Assembly: GCA_020051015.1 (NCBI GenBank)
Contig: JAGVJQ010000024.1
Location: forward strand, 1 to 61,537
Source of the DNA: Gammaproteobacteria bacterium
GTDB lineage: Bacteria; Pseudomonadota; Gammaproteobacteria; UBA1113
Direction of reading: 5' to 3'
Length of the DNA stretch: 61,537 nt
Below are positions 29,776 through 40,420 of this stretch, one piece after another (the stretch's first letter is position 1; every line of letters begins with the position of its first letter). The notes under the pieces were generated by a model. The model was not told the origin of the DNA, did no database searches, and was given only the letters and a program-made list of their open reading frames with translations. Made by a program: the position numbers and the translations under genes.

Positions 29776-31047
29776 TTATTTCTCATATTTGTGTACAAAA
29801 AACAGTAAGCATAAACATAATAGCGAAATAATCGGTAATATTGATAAGGCCGCATGATAAGTTTCTATCGAATACCCGCCAGATTGTGTAGTTGATTTCC
29901 AATGATCAAGTAAAATACCTAATAAATCTTGAAAGACTGCACCTAAGATAACAATAATCATATTAGTAAACGCAGCAATAGTTCCATTATATTCCCGTGG
30001 AAATCGTTGTTTGTTGATCGAAAAAGCAATTAACATACTACTCGTGCAAAAACCAAAAGCAAATAACAACATAAACAATAACGGTACAAATTGTACATTA
30101 GCATAAATAATTGTTAGTAAACAAATTAGGGCCCCGAAATTTCCTAATAACATGACTGAGCGTTGTTTGTTAAAGTAAGTAGAAATCCAACCATTAATTG
30201 GACCCCCAAAACCTATTCCGATAAAAATTGCTGAATTGATATTAGCCGCCATTACCGGTGTTAAATTATATTGTTTAGTTAAAAATGGTACAGCCCACAA
30301 TTCACCAAATGCGATAATTGGTACCACCATTAAACCGGCATAAAGTGCTGTTACCCATGATTGTGGTTGTCGCGAAATTGCGATTAATGCTGTTTTTAAT
30401 TGCCCTTCTGGTAAAGTATGTCTTTGCTTTTTCACATGCTGATTTAACAAGCAAACCGGACAATCAAGAATAGTCAGCCAAATTAAAATGCTAATCGCAA
30501 AACCAATTACCGACAAGATAATCATACTATCTTGCCAACCACTTACTTCTACTAATTTTGCTAATGGTGCTTGACCAAATATCGCACCGGCAACACCAAG
30601 TGAATTAGTTAAACCCACCATCAAGGGATAACGTCGATCAGGAAACCAACTTGATGCTAATTTTAATACTCCGATAAAAGCAAATGCTGAACCAAATCCA
30701 ATTAAGATTCGCGCCAAGCCCAATACCCATAACATTTGTGAAACTGCAAATAATAAACTACCTAATGAAATCACTGCGCATGCTAATGATAATAAACGTC
30801 GGGCACCAAATCTATCTAATAATAATCCCACAGGAATTTGTGCTACCGCATATGAATAAAAGTATAAAGATGAAATAAAACTTAAGGTTGCTGCATTCAT
30901 ATTAAACGTTTGCATTAATGGTTCAGCCATAACGGTTGGCGCTACGCGCTGCAAATATTCAATTCCATAAAATAATGATGCGACTAACCACACTACCCAT
31001 GCATAGCCTAAGGTATTTTCTTTAGTAATACTTTCAGATAATTTCAT
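29776..31047 (-). CDS. MFS transporter, Pht-like
   Basis: GLLLDRFGARR motif A; paralogous to 8630-9925 (FY..EY..RV.P.VM, GFGSAFAF.G.KLAS.W). Confidence 0.85.
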   Translation of the reverse strand: MKLSESITKENTLGYAWVVWLVASLFYGIEYLQRVAPTVMAEPLMQTFNMNAATLSFISSLYFYSYAVAQIPVGLLLDRFGARRLLSLACAVISLGSLLFAVSQMLWVLGLARILIGFGSAFAFIGVLKLASSWFPDRRYPLMVGLTNSLGVAGAIFGQAPLAKLVEVSGWQDSMIILSVIGFAISILIWLTILDCPVCLLNQHVKKQRHTLPEGQLKTALIAISRQPQSWVTALYAGLMVVPIIAFGELWAVPFLTKQYNLTPVMAANINSAIFIGIGFGGPINGWISTYFNKQRSVMLLGNFGALICLLTIIYANVQFVPLLFMLLFAFGFCTSSMLIAFSINKQRFPREYNGTIAAFTNMIIVILGAVFQDLLGILLDHWKSTTQSGGYSIETYHAALSILPIISLLCLCLLFFVHKYEK

Positions 31048-31153
31048 GCCACAAACCTCAATCAACTGACCAAAATAAAATTTACCATATCATATTACCC
31101 ACAATACAGAAACTTCGAAAACTCAGGTGTTGTGAGTATAACATAGTCATTTA

Positions 31154-31187
31154 TATACCCATCATACCTCAAGGTGCGATGGGCATA
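31154..31187. repeat. Collapsed ERIC-like element (ends only)
   Basis: tatacccatc-atacctcaaggtgc-gatgggcata; left end matches 50488. Confidence 0.6.
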
Positions 31188-31347
31188 GTAGTTAGGGGAT
31201 TCACCTTTGATAATTCAAGCTGTAATTGGTAGATTTTTTAAATTTGACTTATGTTAATTAAACATTAATCTTTTAATTGCAATGCAAAAGAAATCATTTA
31301 TAATGATTTGATCCTTATTTTCTTCTACTCTTATCAAGGAATGAGAT

Positions 31348-32343
31348 ATGAAACTGAAACACATTGCCCTCGTTTTACCCATGCTGGGATTAAGTGCCGT
31401 CGCTTTCGCAGGCGCTCCAGGCAATAACATGGTTATCCCATCAGGCATTAATTTGATCGCACCAGACAGTACTGGTACCTGGATGTTCGGTATTGAAGCA
31501 TTATATATGCAAAATAATGAAAACTATCAATATGCACCACCCGATGGCATAAGCCCTACTGGTATAGTCCATACTCAATCCGTGGGTAATGATTGGAATT
31601 GGGGGGTAGAAGCTGATATTGGTTATATGTTTGCCGGTAGCAGCCGTGACGTCAATTTATCATATACTCACTTAGGCTTTGAAGATTCAGATTCTGTTAC
31701 CTTGCCAGAAATTCCTCCAATCTTTGGTGTAGGTTCTGCCTCTGGTAAAATCGACCAAGACTTAAATGCTGCTAGCCTAACATTTGGTCAGTTGTTTACC
31801 GTCGGTCAACGTGTCACCTTACATCCATTTGGTGGTGTACAGTTTGCTGATATTGATAGCGACTTCACCTCAACTTTCAGCTTTCCATTCACAATCGGCG
31901 ATACTGACACAACATTGTCATCTACTAGTAAACTTCATAGTGACTTTGTTGGTGCGGGTCCTCGCGCTGGTATTGATGGTGCAGTGCATTTAGGTGGTGG
32001 CTTCTCAGTCGTGGGTACCTTCGCAGGTGCTTTGCTTGTCGGTAATATGGATGCCAAAAATACCGTTACAGCTAGTGTATTAGGCCTCACAGCTCAACAA
32101 GTATTTAACCCTGATAGCTATACAGCGGTAGTTCCTGAGTTAGATGCAAAATTAGGTCTTGATTACTTGTTTGCATTTAACCCAACCGTGTCCATGAATG
32201 CACAAATCGGTTATGAAGCAGTCAATTACTTCAATGCCGTTGTTGCCGATGTAAATGATATACAACAGATCAACAGCATAAATAATACCAATGATTTTAA
32301 TTATCATGGCCCTTATTTCCGCTTGCAATTGAATGTTGCCTAG
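31348..32343 (+). CDS. Lpg1974-family/Legionella MOMP-like outer membrane beta-barrel
   Basis: Signal peptide; FGIEALYM, WNWG...GY, FVGAGPR.G, VPELDAKLG, GYEAVNYFN, GPYFRL motifs. Confidence 0.8.
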   Translation: MKLKHIALVLPMLGLSAVAFAGAPGNNMVIPSGINLIAPDSTGTWMFGIEALYMQNNENYQYAPPDGISPTGIVHTQSVGNDWNWGVEADIGYMFAGSSRDVNLSYTHLGFEDSDSVTLPEIPPIFGVGSASGKIDQDLNAASLTFGQLFTVGQRVTLHPFGGVQFADIDSDFTSTFSFPFTIGDTDTTLSSTSKLHSDFVGAGPRAGIDGAVHLGGGFSVVGTFAGALLVGNMDAKNTVTASVLGLTAQQVFNPDSYTAVVPELDAKLGLDYLFAFNPTVSMNAQIGYEAVNYFNAVVADVNDIQQINSINNTNDFNYHGPYFRLQLNVA

Positions 32344-32364
32344 TTGATTTCTTGCTTAAAAGTG

Positions 32365-32405
32365 AAAACGCCGTCAAACAGAAATGGTTGATGGCGTTTT
32401 TTTTT
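32365..32405 (+). terminator. Intrinsic terminator after the porin gene
   Basis: aaaacgccgtcaa...ttgatggcg followed by T9. Confidence 0.8.
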
Positions 32406-32514
32406 GCCGCTCAATATTAGGAGCTGTTGATAATTCACTAGAGGGAATGCTTGACGAATAGGCGTGCTGCTGCTTTAATTGTCCGGTTAACAATTTGTTA
32501 ACTTATAAATAAGG

Positions 32515-33486
32515 ATGTTTGCAGTGAAAAGCTGGTTTAAAAATAATCTTATCAAACCCGTTACCATAGCTCTTGGTATGGTTGGCTTATTAAGCCTGAA
32601 TGGCTGTTCATTCAACGACCATCCTTATGATCCCAATGATCCACTACAAACAGTAAACCGAGCAACCTTCGCCTTCAACCAACAATTTGATACCTATTTG
32701 TTAAAGCCTACCGCAGTTGCATATAAAACTGTTATTCCAGCACCAGCACGTAAAGGTGTTAACAACTTTTTTATGAACTTGAATGAAATTCCAACCACAG
32801 TCAACTACTTATTGCAGGCTCAGCCTGGTCCAGCTTATGAAAGCTTTTGGCGTTTGTTGATTAATAGTACGATCGGTATTGGTGGTTTGTTTGATGTTGC
32901 ATCACATATGGGCTTGCAAAGAACGTCCAATGACTTTGGTATTACATTAAGTAAATGGGGATTTAGTTCATCACCTTATTTTGTTATTCCTTTCCTTGGT
33001 CCAAGCAATATCCGTGATGGCCTTAGCATGTTACCTGATTATGAATACTTTACAGTTTGGCCATATATGCATGATGTTGCATTACGTAATGTCTTGCTTG
33101 GTCTTGATATGGTACGTATTCGTACAAATCTGCTGGAAAGCGAAGATATTCTCAACGTGGCGGCATTTGATAAATACACACTAACACGTGATGCCTATAT
33201 CCAATATCGTTATCAATTAGTAACTTCGCATGGTGGTAAATACGATCAAGGCGCAACTTATCAGATTAGTAACGCTGAATTAGAAGGCGATCTTGATCTG
33301 GAAATGAATACTAGTGCAACTAGTACTGGTATGGTCACGCCACCCTATAAAGAACCGGATAGTGCAATTCGCTCAAATGCAGTAAATAATGCTGTAAAAC
33401 ATACTGCGGCACATCAATCTACGACAACAAAGGCATCGACCACTAAGACATCAACAACAGCAAAACCTACTGCAACCGCTCAGTAA
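32515..33486 (+). CDS. mlaA: MlaA/VacJ family lipoprotein with Thr/Ala-rich tail
   Basis: Lipobox LNGC; DPLQTVNR, INSTIGIGGLFDVA, DFG.TL, PFLGPS.RD motifs. Confidence 0.9.
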   Translation: MFAVKSWFKNNLIKPVTIALGMVGLLSLNGCSFNDHPYDPNDPLQTVNRATFAFNQQFDTYLLKPTAVAYKTVIPAPARKGVNNFFMNLNEIPTTVNYLLQAQPGPAYESFWRLLINSTIGIGGLFDVASHMGLQRTSNDFGITLSKWGFSSSPYFVIPFLGPSNIRDGLSMLPDYEYFTVWPYMHDVALRNVLLGLDMVRIRTNLLESEDILNVAAFDKYTLTRDAYIQYRYQLVTSHGGKYDQGATYQISNAELEGDLDLEMNTSATSTGMVTPPYKEPDSAIRSNAVNNAVKHTAAHQSTTTKASTTKTSTTAKPTATAQ

Positions 33487-33495
33487 TTATTTATT

Positions 33496-33577
33496 GTAGC
33501 GTGGATTAAAGAACTGTATGGTGGGCTAAATATTGTTGCTCGCGAAGAGGTATCGCATAACAATATATGCCCACCAT
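33496..33577 (+). repeat. REP-A left arm fused to REP-B copy 2
   Basis: gtagcgtggatta (33496) followed by gtatggtgggctaaatattgttg...aacaatatatgcccacc (33516-33575). Confidence 0.8.
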
Positions 33578-33602
33578 TGGTGATGTCGGCTGGATAATGA
33601 GG

Positions 33603-34268
33603 TTATTTCTTTCTAAATAACATATCAAATACGTCATGACCTAATCGTTGACCGCGCATTTCATATTTTGTGATTGGCCTATAATCAGGTCGTTCACTAA
33701 ATTTGGCATCCCCAGCCACATTTTCAAAACTTGGATGCACTGCCATTATTTCAAGAATATGTTCGGCATAAGGAGCCCAATCTGTCGCAACATGAAAAAT
33801 TCCATCTGGCCGTAGTTTTTTAGCAATTAAACTCATAAACTCTGTTTGCACCAAACGACGCTTATGATGTCGTGTTTTAGGCCACGGATCAGGAAAAAAT
33901 AATTGTACCCGCGCTAACGATGCATCAGGAACTGAGTTTTCTAATGCCAATCTTGCATCGCCAATACACACTCTGAAATTAGTAATATTTGCCGCGCCAA
34001 TTTTTGACAATAGCGATCCAACACCAGGTCTATGCACTTCAATACCAATAAAATTTTCTGTAGGATGGTTAGCAACCATTTCAAATAATGAATTGCCCAT
34101 GCCAAATCCAATTTCTAAAATGGTTGGTGCATCACGACCAAAAATAGATTTAAAATCCCAAGGCTGATCAATAGATAATCCTAACTTAGGTAAATATTCT
34201 TCTAATGCTCGTTGTTGTGCATCTGTCATTCGACCCTCACGGATGACATAACTTTTTATTGTTCGCAA
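33603..34268 (-). CDS. trmB: tRNA (guanine-N7)-methyltransferase
   Basis: LEIGFGMG, GIEVHRPG, FFPDPWPK.RHHKRR, ATDW, TKYE motifs. Confidence 0.97.
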   Translation of the reverse strand: MRTIKSYVIREGRMTDAQQRALEEYLPKLGLSIDQPWDFKSIFGRDAPTILEIGFGMGNSLFEMVANHPTENFIGIEVHRPGVGSLLSKIGAANITNFRVCIGDARLALENSVPDASLARVQLFFPDPWPKTRHHKRRLVQTEFMSLIAKKLRPDGIFHVATDWAPYAEHILEIMAVHPSFENVAGDAKFSERPDYRPITKYEMRGQRLGHDVFDMLFRKK

Positions 34269-34300
34269 TTTCTTTCCTATTGTTTTTCATAAATCATTTT

Positions 34301-34357
34301 GTAGGATGGATTAGCGCGGCGGTGGATTACGGGCCTTGCGGCCCTAATCCACCCTAC
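34301..34357. repeat. REP-A (GTAGGGTGGATTAG) partial doublet
   Basis: gtaggatggattag...ggtggattacgggcc-ttgc-ggccctaatccaccctac. Confidence 0.8.
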
Positions 34358-36342
34358 ATTTTTTCACGTAGCGTCGCTTGACGATAAATCCAAACTAATA
34401 AACCAATAAACGCAACCAAACCTAAAACCACTGGAACATCTACATGGGCTGGCGAAATAATTGATAATCCTTCAGGATTTTCCATAATCGCGAATGGAAT
34501 TGCCAACAACACATCCATAAGCGCTGCGCCAGTTACTAAACCACATGCAATTAAATTACCTTGTTGATTATCCTGCTTTGGATTACGACGTGCTGCAATT
34601 TTTTGTATCATACTGCCAATAAAAATAGGCGTGGAGGTTGTTAGCGGCAAATACATTCCCGTTGCAATACCTAAAATTGAAAAGCGAATACCGCGCGGTC
34701 TAAGTATACGATGCAGAATAATAAGCACGATACCAATTCCAACACCTAAGCTGATCATATTCCAAGGCATACTCTCGTTAAAGACGCCCTGAGTTACCGC
34801 AGCCATCATGGCTGCCGGCGGCGCCGGTAATGCATCCGCTATATTCATACCTGGTCGTGGCAATACATCACCAATACCATAAACATTCAATAGCAATTGC
34901 ATAATAGGTGGAATAATTGCTGCTGCAATGACAACACCAAATAACAACATGACTTGCTGCTTCCACGGTGTGGCGCCAACTAATTGTCCAACCTTCAGAT
35001 CTTGAATATTGTCATTAGCAATACAAGCTGCACTGGTAATCACTGCGCCAATTAAAATAGCGATAGCCGCAGCATGCATCTGCGTATTGCCGCCCAATTC
35101 ATGATGTCCGGTAGTAATGCATAAAACAATACGTAATGACAATGCCGCTAAAAATAGTGCCGCAATAATAATTGCAGAACCAGGGCTTGCAGTAACACCA
35201 ACCATACCAGAAAAATAACCGCAAATGGCAGAAAAGATAAATCCCGCTACCAATACATAAATTAAGCCACCCCACAATAAACTGGTTTGCAATATTTTAT
35301 TAATCGGCATTGCGGGGAAAGGAAATGAATAAGAAAAAATATAATATAAAGCTAATAAACATAATAACAAACCTAAACACACATAATGTAATGGAATATC
35401 CATTTCTGTTCGTAAATAATTATTACGTTCGGAGTTAACTGATGTTTTCAGCGCAAGTGCTGCATCAAGTAAACTAGCAATGAATGGTTTCAATAATGTG
35501 CTTAATGTCCAAATACCTGCTGTTAACATTGCGCCAATACCAACATAGCGAATTTTGCTACCCCATAATGATATTGCTGCAGTTGTGGCATTAGTGGTAA
35601 GTGTAGGATGTGAAAACCAACCTAATACGGGAATGAGAATTCCCCATGACACAATCGCACCAATCAATAAACTGATACCCAGTTCGAAACCTACTAAGTA
35701 ACCAACCCCCAGCATAGTGGCCGAAAACCCGACACCAAATCCCCATATGGTTTTTCCTGCACTAAACCAACCCTGTATAGTACTAGTAAATATTTTTATT
35801 CCCGTTTGCGCAAACTCCATCCCAGCACCCAATATTGCGCCCATTACCATAGGTCTTAAGTGAAATGATTTTTGGGTACCTGCAATCAATACTTCAGCAA
35901 TGGCTTTACCCTCAGGAAATTTTAAGTTTGGATCATTCACTAAAATATGGCGCAAGGGAATAGAAAACATCACCCCTAAAACCCCACCCGCCAATGCAAT
36001 GGCTACATTTTGCCAATAATTAAAACTGGTCCAATAATGAATTAAAATCAGTGCGGGTACGGTATATACAATTCCTCCGGCAACAGCTTCGCCAGCAGAG
36101 GCCGCCGTTTGAATCAAATTATTTTCCAAGATATTCGATTGTTTAAACCACCGTAAAATACTCATTGACAATATGGCAGCAGGAATAGAGGCTGATGTTA
36201 ACATTCCAACCTTAAGCGCCAAGTATGCGTTAGAGGCAGCCAAGATTAAGGTCAAAAAAATTGAGATGACAACGACCTTTAACGTTATCTCTGGTAAGGT
36301 AGTTGTTGGGGCAATAAAACTATTACTCATTGTGCTTTTCAC
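34354..36342 (-). CDS. OPT family oligopeptide transporter
   Basis: NAYLALKVG, ENNLIQT.ASAG, FPEG.A.AEVL, QDLKVG.LVGATP motifs. Confidence 0.92.
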   Translation of the reverse strand: MKSTMSNSFIAPTTTLPEITLKVVVISIFLTLILAASNAYLALKVGMLTSASIPAAILSMSILRWFKQSNILENNLIQTAASAGEAVAGGIVYTVPALILIHYWTSFNYWQNVAIALAGGVLGVMFSIPLRHILVNDPNLKFPEGKAIAEVLIAGTQKSFHLRPMVMGAILGAGMEFAQTGIKIFTSTIQGWFSAGKTIWGFGVGFSATMLGVGYLVGFELGISLLIGAIVSWGILIPVLGWFSHPTLTTNATTAAISLWGSKIRYVGIGAMLTAGIWTLSTLLKPFIASLLDAALALKTSVNSERNNYLRTEMDIPLHYVCLGLLLCLLALYYIFSYSFPFPAMPINKILQTSLLWGGLIYVLVAGFIFSAICGYFSGMVGVTASPGSAIIIAALFLAALSLRIVLCITTGHHELGGNTQMHAAAIAILIGAVITSAACIANDNIQDLKVGQLVGATPWKQQVMLLFGVVIAAAIIPPIMQLLLNVYGIGDVLPRPGMNIADALPAPPAAMMAAVTQGVFNESMPWNMISLGVGIGIVLIILHRILRPRGIRFSILGIATGMYLPLTTSTPIFIGSMIQKIAARRNPKQDNQQGNLIACGLVTGAALMDVLLAIPFAIMENPEGLSIISPAHVDVPVVLGLVAFIGLLVWIYRQATLREKM

Positions 36343-36430
36343 ATGTTAGTAAATTGTCGTTATAATATAGAGGCTAATATACCATGTCACGGGTAATGTG
36401 CACATTAATTTTACGATTAAAGGATAAATC

Positions 36431-38437
36431 ATGCTGAGAGTGTTCAAAATTTGTCTATTAACAGTCGGAGTTTTGGTAGTTGTAGCCATAGCAGGTGCTA
36501 TCACCCTAGTAACCTTGGTTAATCCAAATCGATACAAAGGTCAAATTACCCAGCAAATTTATAAAGCTACTGGCCGCCAAGCCACTATCGGCAATATCAG
36601 TTGGTCCGTATTTCCATGGATTAAATTACAAATTAATGATGTAACATTGAACAATCCAGCCGGTTTCCCCAGCTCACCATTTGTTTCTGTGGGGCATGCA
36701 GCAGTTAGTGCCAATGTTATGGCTTTACTGAAACGTGAACTCATCATAGATAGTATTGCGGTTAATGATATGCAGGTTAATTTAATTCGTACATTGAATA
36801 ACAGTAATAACTGGACCATGCAATCGACCACGGATACCGCAACGACATCTTCATCTAAAGCAACAACGAGCACAAATAAAGGAACGATTAAAACATTTAA
36901 CATTAATGCCATCGCTATTTCTAATGCTACGGTTAATTGGCAAGATGCAACTAAAAATCAAAATATTTCCTTTAAAATTAACTCATTGAACACTAAAAAC
37001 ATTAACTTCAATGGCAATACTTTTACTCTAAACTCAAGTTTTACTTATCAAACTGCCAAAATACCTCAGCCCGTTAATATCAAGTTAAGCGCCGATATTA
37101 ACGCTAATAAAAATACTCAACAATACAATATTGATGATCTAGAACTAAACGTAAACCAATTTGAAGTCACTGGTAAAGCAAATATAAGTCAATTACCATC
37201 ACCAACTCTCAATGCAAGTTTGTCAATTCCAACAGCAAATATAGCTACATTGTTGAATGAGTTAGGATATCCAATTAATTTTCAAAACAAATCTGCCCTA
37301 ACCAATGTCGGTGGTGACATTACATTAGTTGTTAAGAAGAATAGTGCACAAATTAATAACTTAACACTTGGGATTGATGGCGCTAAAATAAATGGCCAAG
37401 TAAACTTAACTCAGCTCAAACCATTGAGCGGTAATTTCACTCTAGCAGTTGATAAGTTTAATCTTGATCAGTATCAAACAGTAACGACCACTCCCGAAAA
37501 TAATACACCATCAACAACAGTTGCTAGTAATATGCCAGCGACTGTACCCGCTCAGACTAGCAATCAAAGCACCCTACCATCTTGTTTACAAACAGCCAAT
37601 ATTACTGGGAAATTAACGGTTGGGTCATTGCAAGTTAATAAAATGCAATTGCAACAAGTGAATGTACCCATAGCGATAAAAAATAGTGAATTTATTGCAT
37701 CGCCTATCACTGCGCAATTTTACCAAGGAACGTTACAGGCTGATGCAAAAGCAAATTACTCAACGGCAGTGCCAAGTTATTTCCTATCTGCTGCATTAAA
37801 CAATGTTAATATGAATGCCTTATTACAACAGGCTGCCGATTTTAATAAATTAAATGGTACCGGCCAAATTAATTTTTTAGTGAATACCAGTGGAAATGAC
37901 AAAAATAGTATTTTAGAAGCCTTAAATGGAAATGGTAAAATTGAATTAACGAATGGTAGCTATGTAGGTATTGATATCATGAATATCATCAACTCAGCCG
38001 CCAGTTTGTTCTTTAAGCAAGAGCCAGTTACCGCGACTGGCCCTGCACAAACTAACTTTACCGCCGTTAAAGCAACATTCCAGATCAACAATGGTTTAAT
38101 TGCTAATAATGATTTATTACTGTCTTCACCGGTAATGAATGTAACAGGTAATGGGACGGTTAGTTTAGTCACGCAAGCAATCGATTATAATCTATCGGTT
38201 ACGCCAATTGGTAATGTCATTCCACAATTGGCTAATCTACAAAAAGCAATTGGTGGTAATATTCCTGTCAAAGTAAAAGGAAGCATTAGCAATCCTAAAG
38301 TAACACCTGACATGGAAAAAATTTCTATGGCGGCCACCAAGCAAACTATCAACAAAAATTTAAATGATATTAGTAAAGGTGTAGATGACTTTAGCAAAGG
38401 CGTGGCAAAAACATTGAACCAAATGTTTGGGAATTAA
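36431..38437 (+). CDS. asmA: AsmA family protein
   Basis: N-terminal anchor, NPN.YK..I....TGR, beta-rich body, NNDL...SP C-terminal motif; upstream of mutY. Confidence 0.85.
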   Translation: MLRVFKICLLTVGVLVVVAIAGAITLVTLVNPNRYKGQITQQIYKATGRQATIGNISWSVFPWIKLQINDVTLNNPAGFPSSPFVSVGHAAVSANVMALLKRELIIDSIAVNDMQVNLIRTLNNSNNWTMQSTTDTATTSSSKATTSTNKGTIKTFNINAIAISNATVNWQDATKNQNISFKINSLNTKNINFNGNTFTLNSSFTYQTAKIPQPVNIKLSADINANKNTQQYNIDDLELNVNQFEVTGKANISQLPSPTLNASLSIPTANIATLLNELGYPINFQNKSALTNVGGDITLVVKKNSAQINNLTLGIDGAKINGQVNLTQLKPLSGNFTLAVDKFNLDQYQTVTTTPENNTPSTTVASNMPATVPAQTSNQSTLPSCLQTANITGKLTVGSLQVNKMQLQQVNVPIAIKNSEFIASPITAQFYQGTLQADAKANYSTAVPSYFLSAALNNVNMNALLQQAADFNKLNGTGQINFLVNTSGNDKNSILEALNGNGKIELTNGSYVGIDIMNIINSAASLFFKQEPVTATGPAQTNFTAVKATFQINNGLIANNDLLLSSPVMNVTGNGTVSLVTQAIDYNLSVTPIGNVIPQLANLQKAIGGNIPVKVKGSISNPKVTPDMEKISMAATKQTINKNLNDISKGVDDFSKGVAKTLNQMFGN

Positions 38438-38456
38438 ACGTGATTTTTAAATAATT

Positions 38457-39542
38457 ATGAGAAAAAATAAAGAGCCTCAACTCACCGCTATTCAATTTCA
38501 AAAAGCGGTACTTACTTGGTTTAAGAAAAATGGGCGTAAGAATTTACCGTGGCAATTAGCCATTACGCCCTATCGCGTATGGGTTTCAGAAATCATGCTG
38601 CAACAAACTCAAGTCACTACCGTGATTCCCTACTTTGAACGTTTCATGAACGAATTTCCTACTATTGAAAAATTAGCATCTGCTGATGCTGATCATGTTA
38701 TGCATTTATGGACTGGTTTGGGATATTATTCACGCGCACGTAATTTACATAAAACTGCAAAAATAATTACTACTGATTTGCAAGGACAATTCCCCAATAC
38801 ACTTGAAGCATTAAGTGCTTTACCTGGAATTGGTCGCTCGACTGCAGCAGCCATTATTTCCATTGCATTTAATAAACGTGCCACCATTTTAGATGGCAAT
38901 GTTAAACGTGTGTTAAGTCGCTATATTGGAATTGACCAATGGCCTGGTAATAAAGCTATAGAACAACAATTATGGAAAGTTGCTGAATTTTATACCCCCC
39001 AAAAACAATGCCGTGAATACACTCAAGTTATGATGGATTTGGGAGCAACTCTTTGCACACGAACTAAGCCCGCTTGCCATGAGTGTCCATTGCAAGCTTC
39101 TTGTGTTGCCTTTGCATCGGGTGAGCCAGAAAAATTCCCTGGAAAAAAAGCCACTAAAGCGTTGCCCATTAAAAAAGGGTTCATGCTGGTTTTATATAAA
39201 TCTGATGGTACTATTTTATTAGAACAACGCCCCCCGGTTGGTTTATGGGGTGGCTTGTGGTGTTTGCCCGAGTATTCTGCCGAATTCGAGAATATTAATG
39301 AGTGGTGTAAAAAACAATATGGTTTAGAAATTGGTAAATTAAATGCTGGCATCGGTTTTCGCCATACTTTCAGTCACTTTCATTATGATATTTCACCACT
39401 CCATGCTTTAGTTAAAAAAGATGTTTTACGGATCAGTGAGCAAAAAACATTTCTCTGGTACGACTTAGATAATCCAGCAAAAATTGGTTTAGCAAAACCA
39501 ATTCAATCGATTTTGTCAGAAATAAAAATGAATGCTGCTTAA
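38457..39542 (+). CDS. mutY: A/G-specific adenine glycosylase
   Basis: WVSEIMLQQTQV, GLGYYSRARN, LPGIGRSTA, DGNVKRV motifs; 4Fe-4S cysteine motif. Confidence 0.97.
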   Translation: MRKNKEPQLTAIQFQKAVLTWFKKNGRKNLPWQLAITPYRVWVSEIMLQQTQVTTVIPYFERFMNEFPTIEKLASADADHVMHLWTGLGYYSRARNLHKTAKIITTDLQGQFPNTLEALSALPGIGRSTAAAIISIAFNKRATILDGNVKRVLSRYIGIDQWPGNKAIEQQLWKVAEFYTPQKQCREYTQVMMDLGATLCTRTKPACHECPLQASCVAFASGEPEKFPGKKATKALPIKKGFMLVLYKSDGTILLEQRPPVGLWGGLWCLPEYSAEFENINEWCKKQYGLEIGKLNAGIGFRHTFSHFHYDISPLHALVKKDVLRISEQKTFLWYDLDNPAKIGLAKPIQSILSEIKMNAA

Positions 39543-39544
39543 GA

Positions 39545-40108
39545 ATGAAAAATAATCTTCTTAATAAATTAAAAACGACTAACATTATACAGCAAACAAA
39601 TATTCCTTCTGCTGCAAAAATGGCAGCGATTATTGCGCCTATTGTTAATAAGCAAAATGAATCATTCATTTATCTTATACAACGGCCAGAACATCTTTAT
39701 GAGCATGGTGGAGAAATTGGTTTTCCTGGGGGAAAAATAGAAGAACATGATGCAACCCCATTAATCGCCGCGAAAAGAGAGTTTGAAGAAGAGTTAGGGG
39801 TATCGGCACAACTATTAGATATCATCAACGAGTTACCGATCCATTGCACTTTAAGCGGGCGTTATTGTATTTATCCATTTATTGCTTTATTACCAATAAC
39901 ACATCAATTACATCCTAATCAAAATGAAGTTGAAACTATCATTAGTTTACCGCTCCAATTTATCTTGAATGATAATAATTGGGGAAAAGAAACTATTAGT
40001 CGCCATGATAAGCAACTGACATTTGATGTGCTTTATTATGATAAATTTCGCATATGGGGTGTTTCTGCGAGAATTCTACTCACGATTAAACATTTATTAT
40101 CGGCTTGA
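39545..40108 (+). CDS. Nudix hydrolase, CoA pyrophosphatase (NudL-like)
   Basis: HGGEIGFPGGK...AAKREFEEELG Nudix box; IWGVSA motif. Confidence 0.85.
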   Translation: MKNNLLNKLKTTNIIQQTNIPSAAKMAAIIAPIVNKQNESFIYLIQRPEHLYEHGGEIGFPGGKIEEHDATPLIAAKREFEEELGVSAQLLDIINELPIHCTLSGRYCIYPFIALLPITHQLHPNQNEVETIISLPLQFILNDNNWGKETISRHDKQLTFDVLYYDKFRIWGVSARILLTIKHLLSA

Positions 40109-40394
40109 AATCAGCACAAAACATTGTTGGTTTAAACTCCGTAATATGATAATCAGCAAACTCATTTTTGAAAAAATTATCTTCTTTAAGAATATCATTC
40201 AATGTTGCTAAATTTTTTACCCGCGCAATAATGACACCACCCGTACGTGGCTCTTTTCGACCTGAAACAATAAAGCTGCCGTTATCATAATATTTCTTCA
40301 AAAATTCTTTATGCGTCTCAATATGTTTATCAATTAAGTCTAATGGAACAGTGTAAGTAATCGATATAATATAGAGTGAGGGGTTTGCGTTCAT
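40086..40394 (-). CDS. YciI family protein
   Basis: H..FL...Y..G.F..SGR..PRTGG.I; D.F motif. Confidence 0.8.
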   Translation of the reverse strand: MNANPSLYIISITYTVPLDLIDKHIETHKEFLKKYYDNGSFIVSGRKEPRTGGVIIARVKNLATLNDILKEDNFFKNEFADYHITEFKPTMFCADFKPIINV

Positions 40395-40420
40395 AAAATA
40401 AATCCTTATTTTTTACAATT

